From positions 416,001 to 480,000 of the forward strand of contig OZ242383.1 in NCBI GenBank assembly GCA_965209155.1: 64,000 nt of DNA. Reading direction: 5' to 3'. Source of the stretch: a bacterium. Its GTDB lineage: Bacteria > SAR324 > NAC60-12. Below are positions 62,314-64,000 of this stretch, piece by piece; position 1 is the stretch's first letter, and every line of letters begins with the position of its first letter. A program made the position numbers and the translations under genes. The notes under the pieces are model-generated. The model saw only the letters and a program-made list of their open reading frames with translations, had not been told where the DNA came from and did not search any database.

Positions 62314-62549
62314 TCAGACCTCCGTTTCTTCCGAAATTCATAGGCTTCCACATTATCATTTTCAAGATCGGCTTCACTTTGAAGGAGCATGGTAATTGCC
62401 TCAAAATTCAGATCAGGATACTCTTCGGATATTTGTCCAATCATCGTCCAATATTCGATTTGTTTCGATAAAGGACGATGGCTTGCTTTTGAGGCTATAG
62501 TTGCGGAAGCAAGGATATTATCGTCGATACGAATCGGAGTAGATGGCAT
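62310..62549 (-). CDS. ParD-like family antitoxin
   Basis: PIRID, SHRPLSKQIEYW..IG..EEYPDL. Confidence 0.8.
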   Translation of the reverse strand: MPSTPIRIDDNILASATIASKASHRPLSKQIEYWTMIGQISEEYPDLNFEAITMLLQSEADLENDNVEAYEFRKKRRSD

Positions 62550-62640
62550 ATTACCTCCCTATTTAATGTTACATTTGTTACATATTATATCAACTGTAAC
62601 AGTAAGAGCAATAAAAAAATACTTGGAATATCCAGACAGA

Positions 62641-63710
62641 ATATTGCCATCATCGTTTTTTGTGACAGTTTTCTACGAAATCGCCTTGGGCTGACGAATT
62701 TTAAGAATGTCGACTTGTTTTTCGTTTTCTTTATTGATAAGTTTCAACGAAATCAGCCTTGGGCTAAAGGGTTTATTTCAATTTCGCTCATATTTTAGCC
62801 GAAAGTCATCTAAAACCTCATATCCTCACCAGAGGATTTTAGAAACGGTCAACGGGGAATGGAAAAGTGCTAAAAAGGTTGACTTCTGGATCTCAATATG
62901 AAAAAAACAGTTTCGTTGATCATCAGAAGACATTCATGAATGAGTCACCCTTTTCAAAAAAACCTTGATATATTTGCAGAGCGATTATACTATTTCCAGG
63001 TATGAGAAAAATTTGCTTTAAATGACTAAATCGGATCCGTCTTAAAAAATATGTTGATTTTTTTCTGGATATAAAATATTTTCCTTAATGAGTCGCTGTC
63101 GCGAAATGGCTTTTCGCTGTCAGCTATCAATCAGGATGACATGAAAGTCTGAAATTAACCCGTCAAATATAAAATAGCTTGACAAAAGGTTAATATGAGA
63201 GTATCATTCAATCACCCAGTACCCCAAGTTCTAAGTTCCCATCTTCTAAATCCCAAGTCCCCAGTTCATTGGGTTGTCCCCCTTATCTTATCTCGACTTC
63301 AGGGAGAGATCCTTGAGATCCCTCGTTCTCCGTTCCGGGAACGGAACGGCAATGGGGAATTTGGAAAATCATCGGCGCCTGAGTGCGTCGGTTTATAGTT
63401 CATTGCCCCATCCTGGAGGCAATGAATTGGTTTTTTGATCACTTGAAAATGAAGGAGACCCAATGTGTAGAGAAAACGTCGAGAACCTGCTTTCGGGAAC
63501 GAAAGCAGGTTTTAAAGCAACCTGCAATCTTGTTTTTAATCAAAAAGCAGAAAGGAGCACCATGAACCGTCAAAAAAGTAGAGGACTCGTCGAGAACGTG
63601 CTTTCGGGAATGAAGGCAGGTTTTAAATCAATCCTAAATCTTGTTTTTAATCAAAAAAAAGAAAGGAAAAAGATGGATAATCAAAAAAGCAAATCAACCT
63701 TCAGTGCAAT
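62641..63710 (+). repeat. Conserved leader copy, unit 6, with two RBS/ATG repeat units
   Basis: Direct comparison. Confidence 0.92.
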
Positions 63711-64000
63711 CCTGATGTCCCTCACCTTGGGGGTGGCGGCATTTTGGGTCAGCCCGGTTGCCGCCCAGAAGTATGTGACGGATCCCACCACTGGAAAAGT
63801 AGTGACTGCTCCTGAATACGGCGGGACACTCACCTTTGCCCGGAAAGATACTCCGGAGGGTCCTGACGTCGTGGTCCATTGGGGGGCGGAATTTCTCTCC
63901 GGTGGTGTTTTAGAGAAGCTGACCACGGCGGACTGGGCAACCCCCAGGGACAAATATAACTTTGTGTTTCACAACGTTCCAACTCACACGAGAGGGCAAC
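63463..64000 (+). CDS. Family-5 ABC SBP, unit 6 (partial, runs off window); signal-peptide start 63673
   Basis: Manual translation MDNQKSKSTFSAILMSL...AAQKYVTDPTTGKVVTAPEYGGT...LEKL..ADW. Confidence 0.9.
   Translation, partial: MCRENVENLLSGTKAGFKATCNLVFNQKAERSTMNRQKSRGLVENVLSGMKAGFKSILNLVFNQKKERKKMDNQKSKSTFSAILMSLTLGVAAFWVSPVAAQKYVTDPTTGKVVTAPEYGGTLTFARKDTPEGPDVVVHWGAEFLSGGVLEKLTTADWATPRDKYNFVFHNVPTHTRGQ

Noticed and set aside
1..64000. tRNA/rRNA genes, intI integrase and a firm taxonomic assignment
   Set aside because: No RNA genes or intI recognised by eye; host and donor lineages cannot be fixed without database searches.

Overview
Bacterial chromosomal window in two parts. About 1-25.5 kb is mostly housekeeping: coaBC, an L,D-transpeptidase, argB, two FHA proteins, ftsZ/ftsA, trkA, prs, purN, a purD-purE fusion, a DegP-family protease, guaB and a TsaC/Sua5 gene. 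It also holds a minus-strand ORF missing from the ORF track (1243 to <1) that fuses a tyrosine-integrase arm-DNA-binding domain to a Ser/Thr pseudokinase, with paired arm-type direct repeats upstream. About 26-64 kb is an accessory array of six family-5 (Dpp/Opp-like) ABC substrate-binding protein (SBP) modules on the + strand. Five modules sit behind copies of one AT-rich ~1 kb leader. Four leader copies keep a TTGACA-N17-TATCAT promoter followed by a variable (CACCCGG)n tract, and all five have stacked RBS/ATG units; in four the same signal-peptide start joins divergent GC-rich SBP bodies. The five complete SBPs are intact (the sixth runs off the window), most permeases are broken, and no ABC ATPase is present. 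Between modules, all on the - strand, are toxin-antitoxin and other cassette-like genes with several attC-like sites but no intI. There is also an IS256 with a 9-bp target duplication, and an internally deleted group II intron inserted in an attC R' box. All calls come from reading the sequence; no database searches were run.
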